A DNA stretch of 62,127 nt from an uncultured Actinomycetes bacterium (GTDB lineage: Bacteria > Actinomycetota > Actinomycetes > Nanopelagicales > Nanopelagicaceae): NCBI GenBank assembly GCA_903838475.1, contig CAILYP010000218.1:1-62127 (forward strand), given 5' to 3'. Both the position numbers and the translations under genes were made by a program. The notes under the pieces were generated by a model that saw only the letters and a program-made list of their open reading frames with translations, searched no databases and was not told where the DNA came from. Shown here one piece after another: positions 30,686 through 40,373 of the stretch. Numbering within the stretch: the stretch's first letter is position 1; each line of letters opens with the position of its first letter.

Positions 30686-31129
30686 TTAGCGAAGCAAAAC
30701 AGTGCGAGCGCGCAAAAGGTTGGCGGCTTTACTTGCAAACGTGAAGGGATCAATGGGGTGCAATACGACGTCATCAGCACGAGACCAAGTAGCAAGCCAA
30801 GAATCCTGTGCTCGCCCGGCAATGAGCAGGACTGGCGGGCAGTTAAAGACCTCATCCTTGAGCTCTCGCGAGAGGCCCATTCCACCTTCAGGATTTGCTT
30901 CACCGTCGAGAATGAAAAGATCTACATGTTTCTTCGAATCTACGTGCTGGCGAAGAGCGGGTCCTGTCGCTATTTCCATGATTTTATGAGCTGGCAAATC
31001 TGAAGCCACCTGTTGACCTAGCGCGGCAATAACCTGAGCTCGCACAGTCAGATCGTGACTATAAACCACAATATGAAGGGGTTTCTGAAGAGGGTTATGA
31101 AGGGGCTTGTCTGACGTCGATTCGCTCAT
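30686..31129 (-). CDS. stand-alone receiver (REC)-like domain protein, atypical
   Basis: 147 aa with a beta-alpha pattern. HIVVYSHD, VDLFILDGE (acceptor Asp position retained), PPVLLIAG (Thr/Ser position is Ala), VVLHPIDP (conserved Lys position is His). Confidence 0.6.
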   Translation of the reverse strand: MSESTSDKPLHNPLQKPLHIVVYSHDLTVRAQVIAALGQQVASDLPAHKIMEIATGPALRQHVDSKKHVDLFILDGEANPEGGMGLSRELKDEVFNCPPVLLIAGRAQDSWLATWSRADDVVLHPIDPFTFASKAANLLRARTVLLR

Positions 31130-31261
31130 AATGGGAAAGTCTAGCCCTCAGACTCACCAAAACCGTCCCTTGTTTTACGCGTGACACGTCTCACCCACGC
31201 CAGCGGCTCGGCATGCTCTTTCAGTTCGGGGAAATGGCCCAACATCGGGAATAATCCCCTT

Positions 31262-31891
31262 GTGACCACAACTTCCGTACCAGCCCAAAGCCGAGTCAAC
31301 CGCCCAAATATGGTTGCCGTCGGAACCATCGTTTGGCTATCTAGTGAGTTGATGTTCTTCGCAGCCCTCTTTGCAATGTACTTCACAACGCGCGCAGTGC
31401 AAGGTCCGAGCATTTGGTTAGCATCAACTGGTTTATTAAATGTTAAATTTGCAGCGATCAACACCACCGTCCTGGTTTTGTCATCAGTGACATGTCAGTT
31501 TGGTGTTTTCGCAGCCGAACGTTTTCAACTCAAGCGCACTGGGCCGGTCTATAAGTTTTCTAAATGGGGAATGCGTGAATGGTTTGCGCTGACTTTCCTT
31601 ATGGGAGCTTTCTTCGTTGGCGGTCAAATATATGAGTACGCCAATTTGGTACAAGATGGCCTTTCAATTTCATCACGTGCCTATGGATCTGTTTTTTACA
31701 TTACAACTGGCTTCCACGGACTTCACGTAACCGGCGGATTAATTGCATTTCTTATCTTGATGGTGCGAGTAACCAAAGCACGCAGATTTGGACATTCACA
31801 AGCAACTGCAGCAATTGTGGTTTCTTATTATTGGCACTTCGTCGACATCGTATGGATCGCACTTTTCTCAGCGATTTACCTGATTAAGTAA
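31262..31891 (+). CDS. ctaE: cytochrome c oxidase subunit III
   Basis: [31 protein letters not shown] matches the actinobacterial CtaE N-terminus. GTG 31262 was chosen over GTG 31181 by comparison with the length of Mycobacterium CtaE. Confidence 0.88.
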   Translation: MTTTSVPAQSRVNRPNMVAVGTIVWLSSELMFFAALFAMYFTTRAVQGPSIWLASTGLLNVKFAAINTTVLVLSSVTCQFGVFAAERFQLKRTGPVYKFSKWGMREWFALTFLMGAFFVGGQIYEYANLVQDGLSISSRAYGSVFYITTGFHGLHVTGGLIAFLILMVRVTKARRFGHSQATAAIVVSYYWHFVDIVWIALFSAIYLIK

Positions 31892-31907
31892 CTGGAGCAG
31901 AATCTCA

Positions 31908-32711
31908 ATGACGCCACTTTCTCGTGTAAGCAAGTACCGCCGCAATAAGTTTGCTGGCCCCGTTCTTGTCGTCACTGCGTTGCTCTCCATCGGCTCTGCC
32001 TTCTCAATCGCATCAGCACTTCCAAGTACAACAAAGATGACTACTGCGGCGACCACAACTCAAATTGCCGAAGGCAAAAAAATATTTGCTGCTGGGTGTT
32101 CCTCCTGTCATGGGCTTAACGCTGAAGGCGGTTCGATCGCACCCTCGCTTATCGGCGTAGGAGCTGCTGCTGTTGATTTCCAAGTGGGTACAGGTCGCAT
32201 GCCTATGGCCGATATGAGCCAACAAGCTGAGCGTAAGAAGCCTGTCTATGATGCTGAGCAAACCGCGGCGCTTGCAGCGTATGTCGCATCTCTTGCTCCC
32301 GGACCAAGCACCGTTGATGGTGCAAATTTAAATTTTGAACGCGATGGCAATACCGCGCAAGGTGGCGAGCTGTTCCGCACTAACTGCGCAATGTGTCACA
32401 ACTTTGCCGCACAAGGTGGCGCACTTACCCAAGGTAAATATGCACCAACTCTGATGGGTGTAGAACCAAAATACATGTATGAAGCAATGATTACCGGTCC
32501 ACAATCAATGCCGAAGTTTTCAGATAAGACGATTACTCCTGCTGAAAAACTTTCAATTATTAAATGGATTAAGGCAGCGCAGAATGAACCTTCATTAGGT
32601 GGCGCAACAACTGGCCGCGTCGGGCCTGTTACAGAAGGCTTATTAGCTTGGCTCCTTGGCTTAGGTTCCTTAATCGGCATTGCCGTATGGCTTGCAACGA
32701 AGGCGAGATAG
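31908..32711 (+). CDS. qcrC: cytochrome bc1 complex diheme cytochrome c subunit
   Basis: Two CxxCH haem motifs (CSSCH, CAMCH) and a C-terminal TM anchor. GGAG precedes the ATG. Confidence 0.92.
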   Translation: MTPLSRVSKYRRNKFAGPVLVVTALLSIGSAFSIASALPSTTKMTTAATTTQIAEGKKIFAAGCSSCHGLNAEGGSIAPSLIGVGAAAVDFQVGTGRMPMADMSQQAERKKPVYDAEQTAALAAYVASLAPGPSTVDGANLNFERDGNTAQGGELFRTNCAMCHNFAAQGGALTQGKYAPTLMGVEPKYMYEAMITGPQSMPKFSDKTITPAEKLSIIKWIKAAQNEPSLGGATTGRVGPVTEGLLAWLLGLGSLIGIAVWLATKAR

Positions 32712-33716
32712 ATGATGAGTAGTGACAGCAAATTAGAAAAGTTTCAAGACCCTGGTCTTCCAGAGCATGTACACCGCAAAGCAGATCACAATGAAGGTGC
32801 CGCTAAAAAAGCAGAGCGCCAAGTAGCGATTCTCTTCTTACTTTCAGCGGTTGGAACTGTGCTTGCTATTGCCTCTTATATTTTTATTCCGCAGGACCTA
32901 ATTTTCTTTATTCCCATTATGGGCAATCAAAATGCAGCGCAGTTACTTCTTGGGCTGGGAATTGCTATGGCAACTTTCTTCCTTGGAATGGGAGCTGTTC
33001 ACTGGGCAAAGACCCTTATGCCAGATACTGAAGTTATTGCAGAGCGCCATGAGTTACGGTCAGAAGAAGATGATCGTGATGCATTCGTTGCAACAGTTAA
33101 AGAACAAGGCGGAGCAGCAGGGCTTGGCCGACGCACTTTAATCAAGCGTTCACTTGGCTTAGCTGGTGGTTTAGCAGCGCTCACTCCCCTTGTGATGCTT
33201 CGCGATCTTGGTCCATTGCCAAAGAAGCAGCTTGAGACAACGAACTGGGAAGCTGGTACTCGCCTGGTGACTGATCCAGGCAATCGACCAATAAAACCTT
33301 CTGATCTTGAAGTTGGCGCTGTGGCCCAAGTTCTACCCGCACTCAAGTCTGGTGAAGAGCGCACGCTAGAAAATGTTGGCAAAGATGCGGTGCTATTGAT
33401 TCGCCTAAACCCAAGTGATTTTAATTTAGATTCAGAGCGACTTTCTTGGACGCATGATGGGATTATCGCTTTCTCTAAAATCTGTTCACATATGGGTTGC
33501 GCGATCGCACTGTATGAACAACAAACCAAACATTTGCTCTGCCCATGTCATCAATCAACATTTGATGTTACTCGCGCAGCTAAGGTAATTTTTGGGCCAG
33601 CTGCCCGTCCACTTCCTCAACTTGCAATTATGGTTGATAGCGAGGGTTACCTTGTTGCCAAACAACCATTTACTGAACCCGTTGGACCGAGCTACTGGGA
33701 GCGTAATTCACAATGA
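32712..33716 (+). CDS. qcrA: cytochrome bc1 complex Rieske iron-sulfur subunit
   Basis: Rieske boxes CSHMGC and CPCHQS, with N-terminal TM helices. Confidence 0.92.
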   Translation: MMSSDSKLEKFQDPGLPEHVHRKADHNEGAAKKAERQVAILFLLSAVGTVLAIASYIFIPQDLIFFIPIMGNQNAAQLLLGLGIAMATFFLGMGAVHWAKTLMPDTEVIAERHELRSEEDDRDAFVATVKEQGGAAGLGRRTLIKRSLGLAGGLAALTPLVMLRDLGPLPKKQLETTNWEAGTRLVTDPGNRPIKPSDLEVGAVAQVLPALKSGEERTLENVGKDAVLLIRLNPSDFNLDSERLSWTHDGIIAFSKICSHMGCAIALYEQQTKHLLCPCHQSTFDVTRAAKVIFGPAARPLPQLAIMVDSEGYLVAKQPFTEPVGPSYWERNSQ

Positions 33717-35305
33717 GTCAGAAAGAACGAATCGCAGGCGTTGTAGCTAATTACGTCGATGAGCGCACAGGAGCCGCTAAGTGGCTCAATAAGAATCTAA
33801 AGAAGGTCTTCCCAGACCACTGGTCTTTCATGCTGGGCGAAGTTGCGCTTTATTCATTCATCATTCTTTTGCTCTCTGGAACATTCCTCACTTTTTGGTT
33901 TGATCCATCCCAACGTGATGTAATTTATAACGGCTCCTACATGCCGCTTCAAAATATTCAAATGTCTGCTGCCTACGCATCTACTTTGCACATCTCCTTT
34001 GATGTTCGAGGTGGACTGCTTATGCGTCAAATCCATCACTGGGCAGCGCTTCTCTTTATGGCTTCGATCATCGCCCATTTACTTCGAGTCTTCTTTACTG
34101 GAGCATTCCGCAAGCCGCGCGAAGCTAACTGGTTAATTGGTATCGGCCTCGTAACTCTTGGAATCGTCGAAGGTTTCCTTGGATATTCGTTGCCAGATGA
34201 TTTACTTTCCGGAACTGGAATTCGAATTGCAGAGGCAATTCTTCAAGCCATTCCAGTAGTCGGCTCCTACATCGCCTTCTTTGCCTTTGGCGGCGCTTTC
34301 CCTGGGCATGTATTTATTCCACGAATTTATACTGTTCACGTACTTCTTTTGCCGGGAGCATTCCTTGCGCTGATAACTATCCACTTAATGTTGGTCTGGT
34401 ATCAGAAGCACACGCAATACCCAGGACCAGGACGTACCGAAAAGAACGTTGTTGGATATCCATTAATGCCTGTGTACATGGCTAAAGCTGGCGGATTTTT
34501 TGGAATTGTTTTTGGCGTAACAGCATTTCTTGGAGCAGTCGCATCCATTAACCCAATCTGGCTTTACGGACCATACACACCTGGTCAGATTTCTGCTGGA
34601 TCTCAACCAGACTTTTACATGGGTTGGCTCGATGGACTAGTACGTATGGCTCCACCGATTGAAACCCACGCATTTGGCCACACCATCTCTTGGAATATCT
34701 TAATTCCGGGCTTGATTGTTCCTGGAATTCTTTTCACTGGAATGGCCCTATATCCATTTATCGAAAGCTACATTTCTGGCGATAAGCGAGAGCACCATCT
34801 TCTTGATCGTCCGCGCAACGTTCCAAACCGCACTGCGCTAGGCGTCATGTCCCTTACCTTCATCATGATTACATTGATCAACGGTGGTAACGACATCATT
34901 GCAACGCATTTTCACCTCTCGATTAATCAAATTATGTGGATGGCTCGAATTGGAATTTTCATTTTGCCGCCACTATCTTTCGTTATCACAAAGAGAATTT
35001 GTCTCTCTCTTCAACGAGCCGATCGCGACCTTGTTCTTCACGGCCGCGAGACTGGGCGCTTGATGATGTTGCCACATGGTGAGTTTGTTGAAGTCCACGA
35101 GGCGATCTCTCACGAGAAAGCCTGGACTCTCACATCGCATATCCAACCTCAAGCACTTGCTCACGTCACCGAGGATGCAAACGGCGTTGCAAAGCCAAAG
35201 GTTCTGCGCGACAAGTTACGTGCACGGATGAGCAGCGCTAATGCTGAGCAAATGCCTGCCGCGTCAGTCACTGAAGCCAAAGAACTCGAAGGCGGACATC
35301 ACTAA
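33713..35305 (+). CDS. qcrB: cytochrome bc1 complex cytochrome b subunit
   Basis: 530-aa polytopic ORF with bis-His haem ligand helices (RQIHHWAALLF, YTVHVLLLP). ATGA overlap with qcrA. Confidence 0.93.
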   Translation: MSQKERIAGVVANYVDERTGAAKWLNKNLKKVFPDHWSFMLGEVALYSFIILLLSGTFLTFWFDPSQRDVIYNGSYMPLQNIQMSAAYASTLHISFDVRGGLLMRQIHHWAALLFMASIIAHLLRVFFTGAFRKPREANWLIGIGLVTLGIVEGFLGYSLPDDLLSGTGIRIAEAILQAIPVVGSYIAFFAFGGAFPGHVFIPRIYTVHVLLLPGAFLALITIHLMLVWYQKHTQYPGPGRTEKNVVGYPLMPVYMAKAGGFFGIVFGVTAFLGAVASINPIWLYGPYTPGQISAGSQPDFYMGWLDGLVRMAPPIETHAFGHTISWNILIPGLIVPGILFTGMALYPFIESYISGDKREHHLLDRPRNVPNRTALGVMSLTFIMITLINGGNDIIATHFHLSINQIMWMARIGIFILPPLSFVITKRICLSLQRADRDLVLHGRETGRLMMLPHGEFVEVHEAISHEKAWTLTSHIQPQALAHVTEDANGVAKPKVLRDKLRARMSSANAEQMPAASVTEAKELEGGHH

Positions 35306-35332
35306 TTAAGACTAATTAAGACTAATTAAGAC
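35301..35332. repeat. 10-bp perfect tandem repeat, 3.2 copies (ACTAATTAAG x3 + AC)
   Basis: Read directly. The qcrB stop codon (35303-35305) lies in copy 1. Each unit carries two TAAs on the plus strand, and TAA plus TAG on the minus strand. Confidence 0.95.
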
Positions 35333-35361
35333 ATTTTGATTAGGGCAGTTACTATTTGTTT

Positions 35362-35832
35362 ATGATTCGTTCTGCCCAGTTAGAAGATTTGCCCGAAATT
35401 CAATCTCTCATCAAAGAATTGGCTGAGTATGAGCGCGCGCCCAAGGAGGCCGTTGCAACTTTGAATGACCTTCAGGCATCTTTCTTCGGAGAATCTCCAA
35501 AGGTTTTTTGCGAAATTGTAGAAGTAGAGGGCCACATTGCGGGCTTCGCAATTTGGTTTCTCAATTACTCAACTTGGCAAGGTAAGCACGGGATTTATCT
35601 TGAAGACCTTTACATCAGGCCTAAATTTCGTGGCCAAGGGTGGGGTAAGAAGTTATTGAAGGATTTGGCATCAAAGTGTGTAGAGAATGGATGGGGCCGA
35701 TTCCAGTGGTGGGTTTTGGATTGGAATGAGCCAGCAATAGAGTTTTATCGATCTTTAGGCGCGGTAGCTATGGATGAATGGACTGTTTACAGAGTCGGCG
35801 ACTCTGCGCTACTAAACTTGGCTAACGATTAG
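35362..35832 (+). CDS. GNAT family N-acetyltransferase (diamine/polyamine acetyltransferase-like)
   Basis: Acetyl-CoA motif RPKFRGQGWGKKLL. ATG 35362 is preferred over the TTG at 35356. Confidence 0.85.
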   Translation: MIRSAQLEDLPEIQSLIKELAEYERAPKEAVATLNDLQASFFGESPKVFCEIVEVEGHIAGFAIWFLNYSTWQGKHGIYLEDLYIRPKFRGQGWGKKLLKDLASKCVENGWGRFQWWVLDWNEPAIEFYRSLGAVAMDEWTVYRVGDSALLNLAND

Positions 35833-36353
35833 TCGAGTTCTTTATAATAAAAAGTGGTCGGGCGAAGTTCTCCGTTTGGCGATGCCGAATGACCCGGCAT
35901 AGTGCCCAACATAACCCAGCCTAATTTTTGATAGAGATAGTCGGCCGGAGAATCTGTTTCAGTATCCAAAATCAGTAACGTGCGACTACTCATTCGCGCT
36001 TCCATCTCAAGGAGCTCGAGCAACTTTTTTGCAATTCCCTGCCCCTGCTTATCTTCGCGCACGATTAGTTTCTTTACTTCAGCCCGGTGCGCAGCATTGG
36101 GATTGCTCTCAAAGGCAAGCACCACAACACCGACAGGTTCGCGCTCCTCGATTGCGCAAACTATCTTTGAATTTCCGTGCTCCACGTCCTTAAGAATCTT
36201 TGACCAAAATTGCCCTAATTGGGAGATTGGGGCTTCTAGTAGATATCCCATAGACGCACCTGATTGAACTGCCCCATGGAGTAGCTTGGCGAATGGCAAC
36301 GAAAAATCCTCAAGATCTTCGTGAGAAGAGTTGAGGACTTTAAACTCAATCAT
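35829..36353 (-). CDS. GNAT family N-acetyltransferase
   Basis: Acetyl-CoA motif VREDKQGQGIAKKLL. 174 aa. 4-nt convergent overlap with the other GNAT gene. Confidence 0.85.
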   Translation of the reverse strand: MIEFKVLNSSHEDLEDFSLPFAKLLHGAVQSGASMGYLLEAPISQLGQFWSKILKDVEHGNSKIVCAIEEREPVGVVVLAFESNPNAAHRAEVKKLIVREDKQGQGIAKKLLELLEMEARMSSRTLLILDTETDSPADYLYQKLGWVMLGTMPGHSASPNGELRPTTFYYKELD

Positions 36354-36374
36354 TTTTAGAGATCTCTTTAGCGA

Positions 36375-36401
36375 TACGGTAAGTACGGTTAATACGGTTA
36401 G
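36375..36401. repeat. 9-bp tandem repeat, 3 copies (TACGGTAAG TACGGTTAA TACGGTTAG)
   Basis: Read directly. The last copy contains the ctaF stop codon. The transcribed (minus) strand reads TAA CCG TAT TAA CCG TAC TTA CCG TAT, so a second TAA lies in frame 9 nt after the stop. Confidence 0.9.
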
Positions 36402-36808
36402 TGGTGATCAGCTGTAACCGCTGATGGCTTTTCATATTCGAGCACAAAGCCAACCACGCTAATCATTAATCCACCGATGGCAATTAACGTTAACCACCAG
36501 CCTATAAGCAAGCCCATACCCGCTGCGCACGCTGAGAGAGCAAGTGGGAGTGGCCACCATGAATGCGGAGAATAGAACCCAAGTTCGCCAGCTGCATCAG
36601 CTATTTCGCCTTCTTCATTATCTTCTGGCAGTACACCGTTGGTGCGCTTTGAAATGAACCAGAGATAAAACCCAATGAGGCCGGCTAGACCACCGCTGAG
36701 CATGATTGCGGTAATACCAAGAGCTTCACCGCCGACTTGCCAGTAAATAATGGTCACCAAGAAGTAGAAAACAGAGAGCCCCGAAAATAAACGCCAACCA
36801 GCTTTCAT
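36398..36808 (-). CDS. ctaF: cytochrome c oxidase subunit 4 (actinobacterial CtaF)
   Basis: 136-aa four-TM protein immediately downstream of ctaD, as in Mycobacterium and Corynebacterium. N-terminus MKAGWRLFSGLSVFYFLVTIIYW. Confidence 0.85.
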   Translation of the reverse strand: MKAGWRLFSGLSVFYFLVTIIYWQVGGEALGITAIMLSGGLAGLIGFYLWFISKRTNGVLPEDNEEGEIADAAGELGFYSPHSWWPLPLALSACAAGMGLLIGWWLTLIAIGGLMISVVGFVLEYEKPSAVTADHH

Positions 36809-36843
36809 ATTTTCAACCTTATCCTCGTGTTATTCGGAATCCG

Positions 36844-38514
36844 CTAGTGAAGTTTCTCAGTGTGGACATTTGGATGGTGCAGATCAAATGCTGGGCGCTC
36901 GGAACGTATGCGTGGCATCGATAGGAAATTGTGACGTGGTGGCGGACATGATGTTGCCCATTCCAATGACGCACCATAACCCCATGGATCATCAACCGTA
37001 ACTTTTGGACCATTGCGTGAAATCCAAACGTTGATAAAGAAAGGAATCATTGAAAGTGCTAGCAGCACAGAACCCACTGTAGAAACCTGATTCATCCATG
37101 TAAATCCATCGGTCGGAAGGTAATCGGCGTAACGACGTGGGAAGCCCTTTATTCCAAGCCAATGTTGGATAAGGAAAGTTAAGTGGAAGCCAACGAAAAG
37201 AGTCCAGAAGTGGATCTTTCCAAGGCGATCATTGAGCATATGTCCGGTCATCTTTGGCCACCAGAAGTAGAAGCCACCAAACATCGCAAAGACCACAGTA
37301 CCGAAAAGAACATAGTGGAAGTGAGCAACAACAAAGTATGAAGCTGACACTGCAAAGTCCATCGGTGGTGAAGCCAGAATAATTCCAGTTAGCCCACCAA
37401 ACAGGAAGGTAATGAGGAAGCCAATGATGAACAACATCGGCGTCTCAAAAGTAAGAGCCCCGCGCCACATTGTGCCAATCCAGTTGAAGAACTTAACGCC
37501 TGTTGGAACACCAATCAGGAATGTCATAAAGGAGAAGAAGGGAAGTAAAACTTGCCCGCTTGCGAACATATGGTGAGCCCAGACTGCAACTGAGAGAGCT
37601 GAGATAGCAATCGTTGCTGCGATCAAACCTTTATAACCAAAAACAGGCTTACGCGAAAAGACTGGAAGAATCTCTGTGGCGATTCCAAAGAATGGAAGAG
37701 CCAAAATATAAACCTCAGGGTGACCGAAGAACCAGAAGAGATGTTGCCAAAGCATTGCACCGCCGTTGGCCGGATCAAAAAGATGTGAACCAAATAATCG
37801 GTCACATTCAAGGCCGAGGAAAGCTGCCGCAAGAGGCGGGAATGCAAGAAGTACAAGAATCGAGGTTAAGAGCGCATTCCATGTAAAAATCGACATCCGG
37901 AACATCGTCATGCCTGGAGCGCGCATTGTGAAAATCGTGGTGATGAAGTTGACGCCAGAAAGAATCGTTCCAATACCGCTAAGTGCCAAACCAATGATCC
38001 AAAGGTCGCCACCTACTCCAGGAGAGTATTGCGAATTAGAAAGTGGCGCGTATGCAGTCCAACCAAATGATGCTGCTCCCCCTGGACTTAAGAATCCAGC
38101 GAAGGCCATTAAGCCACCAAAGAGATACATCCAGTATGAGAACATATTTAAACGCGGAAATGCCACGTCGGCTGCGCCAATTTGTAGCGGCATGATCACG
38201 TTTGCGAAGCCCACAAAAAGTGGCGTTGCAAACATAAGTAACATGATTGTTCCGTGCATCGTAAATATCTGGTTGTACTGCTCCATGCTAAAAAATTGCA
38301 ATCCAGGGGCGGCTAATTCACTTCGAAGTGCGAGCGCCAAAATTCCAGCAATAATGAACCACGTGAAAGAAGTAATGAGATACATATAACCGATTGTTTT
38401 ATGGTCAGTTGAAGTAACCCACTTAACGAAGAGGCGTCCCTTGCTCTCCTTGCGAGTTTTGCCCGCAGCATAACTAGACGAGAGTGCCGCTGTTGGCTCT
38501 GCAAACGTTGTCAT
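36844..38514 (-). CDS. ctaD: cytochrome c oxidase subunit I
   Basis: 556-aa ORF with haem-copper oxidase signatures ([22 protein letters not shown]). Confidence 0.96.
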   Translation of the reverse strand: MTTFAEPTAALSSSYAAGKTRKESKGRLFVKWVTSTDHKTIGYMYLITSFTWFIIAGILALALRSELAAPGLQFFSMEQYNQIFTMHGTIMLLMFATPLFVGFANVIMPLQIGAADVAFPRLNMFSYWMYLFGGLMAFAGFLSPGGAASFGWTAYAPLSNSQYSPGVGGDLWIIGLALSGIGTILSGVNFITTIFTMRAPGMTMFRMSIFTWNALLTSILVLLAFPPLAAAFLGLECDRLFGSHLFDPANGGAMLWQHLFWFFGHPEVYILALPFFGIATEILPVFSRKPVFGYKGLIAATIAISALSVAVWAHHMFASGQVLLPFFSFMTFLIGVPTGVKFFNWIGTMWRGALTFETPMLFIIGFLITFLFGGLTGIILASPPMDFAVSASYFVVAHFHYVLFGTVVFAMFGGFYFWWPKMTGHMLNDRLGKIHFWTLFVGFHLTFLIQHWLGIKGFPRRYADYLPTDGFTWMNQVSTVGSVLLALSMIPFFINVWISRNGPKVTVDDPWGYGASLEWATSCPPPRHNFLSMPRIRSERPAFDLHHPNVHTEKLH

Positions 38515-38516
38515 CT

Positions 38517-39254
38517 TTATGCCACCTTCACTGAATTGATATATGTCTGGTAATCAGCCGGTGAAACTACTTTCACCTTAAAGAGCATTTGTGAGTGCGC
38601 GCGTCCGCACAGAATGTTGCAACGTCCAGGAAATTCACCAATATTATTGGCTGTAAATTCAAGATGATTCTCAACCCCTGGCAAAGCTTGAATTTGAATC
38701 ATAAATTCAGGAATCCAGAAACCGTGGTCCACGTCATTTGAGTTAATTGTGAAACGTACTTTCTGGCCTTGTGGCAAGACCAACGTCGGAGTTTGCTCCG
38801 GAGTGCCGGTCACGGTTGGTTTAGCAGCGGCATCATCATATGTAAATTGCCACGACCACTGAATTGCATTGACATGGATGCTATGAGCGGCTGGTGATTT
38901 ATCAACGTGCGTAATTTTAGTTTCAGCTTTAGCGGTGTAAAAGAAAAGAACTGCAACAATGATGAATGGAATAATCGTGTAAGCAATTTCTACAGGAACG
39001 TTGTACTGAGTTTGGCGCGGAAAATCCTCGTTCTTCTTGCGATGGAAAAAGACCGGCCAGATAATAAGAATTGCGGTAAAGACGCCAACAACGCCTGCTG
39101 CGATCCAAGAATAAATCCAGAGCGAATGGCTCTGTTGGTTGACTGATGAAGCATCAGGGGAAAAGCCACCCGATGCGAAAGCAGAACCTTGACTGATAAA
39201 CGTTGCCACCGAGAGTGTGCCGAGGGCGAGCGTGGATGTGAAGGCTTTGCGCAT
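38517..39254 (-). CDS. ctaC: cytochrome c oxidase subunit II
   Basis: CuA site [11 protein letters not shown] ... [12 protein letters not shown]. Signal-like N-terminus [30 protein letters not shown] 39302 is an alternative start. Confidence 0.9.
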   Translation of the reverse strand: MRKAFTSTLALGTLSVATFISQGSAFASGGFSPDASSVNQQSHSLWIYSWIAAGVVGVFTAILIIWPVFFHRKKNEDFPRQTQYNVPVEIAYTIIPFIIVAVLFFYTAKAETKITHVDKSPAAHSIHVNAIQWSWQFTYDDAAAKPTVTGTPEQTPTLVLPQGQKVRFTINSNDVDHGFWIPEFMIQIQALPGVENHLEFTANNIGEFPGRCNILCGRAHSQMLFKVKVVSPADYQTYINSVKVA

Positions 39255-39322
39255 GGGCCAAGGATACTTGCCGGACTCCCCAGTATTCGCCCACCGCCAC
39301 ATTCAGGGGTACCGTAGAGAGC

Positions 39323-40369
39323 GTGGTTCCTATCACAAGTGCGTTCCAATCAGAGGCTCCCCTCCATCCGAAGGCTGCCCAGCTGCTCGCCGACGTCTTC
39401 GACCGGGGATGGGCTGACCCTGCCAAAATCCATCAGGACTCTCGTACTACAGGAGCACTTCTTTATGAGGCAAAAGAAACCTTCGCCGGAGCATTTGGTG
39501 TCAGACCCGATGAAATCTACTTCTTAGGCGAGCCACCACTCGGATTTCATCTGGGCATTAATGGATTAACCGAGCAGGATTCGCGATTATTTTATTCGGG
39601 GACTGACCGTGCTCCCGTCCATGCAATTGTTGATGGTAGAAATAATCACGGTTTTAAAAACGAATTAGATTCAACGCAACAATCTAGCCCTGTAGATATT
39701 TTGGTCTATCAAAGCGTCAATCCAGAAACTGGAATTCATAAAGCTAAGCCCGAGGATTTTATGGGACGAGTTTTTGTAGATAACACTGCATACGGTGTTC
39801 ACTCCCATTTACCCGCGAACTGGGCTACCGCTGCCTGGCAATCGCGGTCATGGCAAGGACCGGCAGGACTGGGAGTATTCGCGGTCCGAACGGGAGCGCA
39901 TTGGCATAACCCACTCCCCCACAATGACTCCTCGAAAGTTCCACAATCATTTTCCATCCCGCTAGCGTTAGCAAGCGCCGTGGCTCTTGAAAATTTCACT
40001 AAGGATTACGTGGAAAGCCATAACCGCATAAAAGAATTCAAGAGTGCGATCACTCAGTACTTGGTCAACGATATTGGTGGCGCCATGCTCGTTGGAGACC
40101 TACACCGCGATTCACCATTCCTCATGTCGGCTTTAATCAATGACATTGACGCAGAAAAGCTTGTCAATGATTTAAATCAACGAGGAATTTTCGTTGATTC
40201 TGGATCGGCTTGTAACAGCTCAAATTTGCAACCAAGCCACGTACTTGCAGCCATGGGATTACCTACAGCTGGGAATATTCGCCTTACTATCCATCCTCAA
40301 ACCACGCAGGAAAATATTGATATTTTGCTAAAAAATCTTAAAGAGCTCGTAGCTGAGCAACGCCTGTAA
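39323..40369 (+). CDS. class V aminotransferase-fold, cysteine desulfurase-like protein lacking the PLP-binding lysine
   Basis: Collinear with IscS/NifS: the VFVDNTA region, then WQSRSWQGPAGLGVFAV where SxHK(x)2GPxGxG is expected, and a retained active-site Cys loop DSGSACNSSNLQPSHVLAAMG. GTG start. Confidence 0.7.
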   Translation: MVPITSAFQSEAPLHPKAAQLLADVFDRGWADPAKIHQDSRTTGALLYEAKETFAGAFGVRPDEIYFLGEPPLGFHLGINGLTEQDSRLFYSGTDRAPVHAIVDGRNNHGFKNELDSTQQSSPVDILVYQSVNPETGIHKAKPEDFMGRVFVDNTAYGVHSHLPANWATAAWQSRSWQGPAGLGVFAVRTGAHWHNPLPHNDSSKVPQSFSIPLALASAVALENFTKDYVESHNRIKEFKSAITQYLVNDIGGAMLVGDLHRDSPFLMSALINDIDAEKLVNDLNQRGIFVDSGSACNSSNLQPSHVLAAMGLPTAGNIRLTIHPQTTQENIDILLKNLKELVAEQRL

Positions 40370-40373
40370 TTAG

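Noticed and set aside
31174-31190. CGTG-A-CACG palindrome in the REC-like/ctaE divergent spacer, as a possible operator
   Set aside because: It has only 4+4 bp of symmetry, which is expected by chance in a 130-nt spacer.
37766-38389. 207-aa plus-strand ORF inside ctaD. Similar long antisense ORFs occur at 32999..33529, 16208..16657, 9474..9821 and 48831..49244.
   Set aside because: All lie fully inside strongly supported genes on the opposite strand, and none has a recognisable motif. They are typical stop-poor antisense frames.
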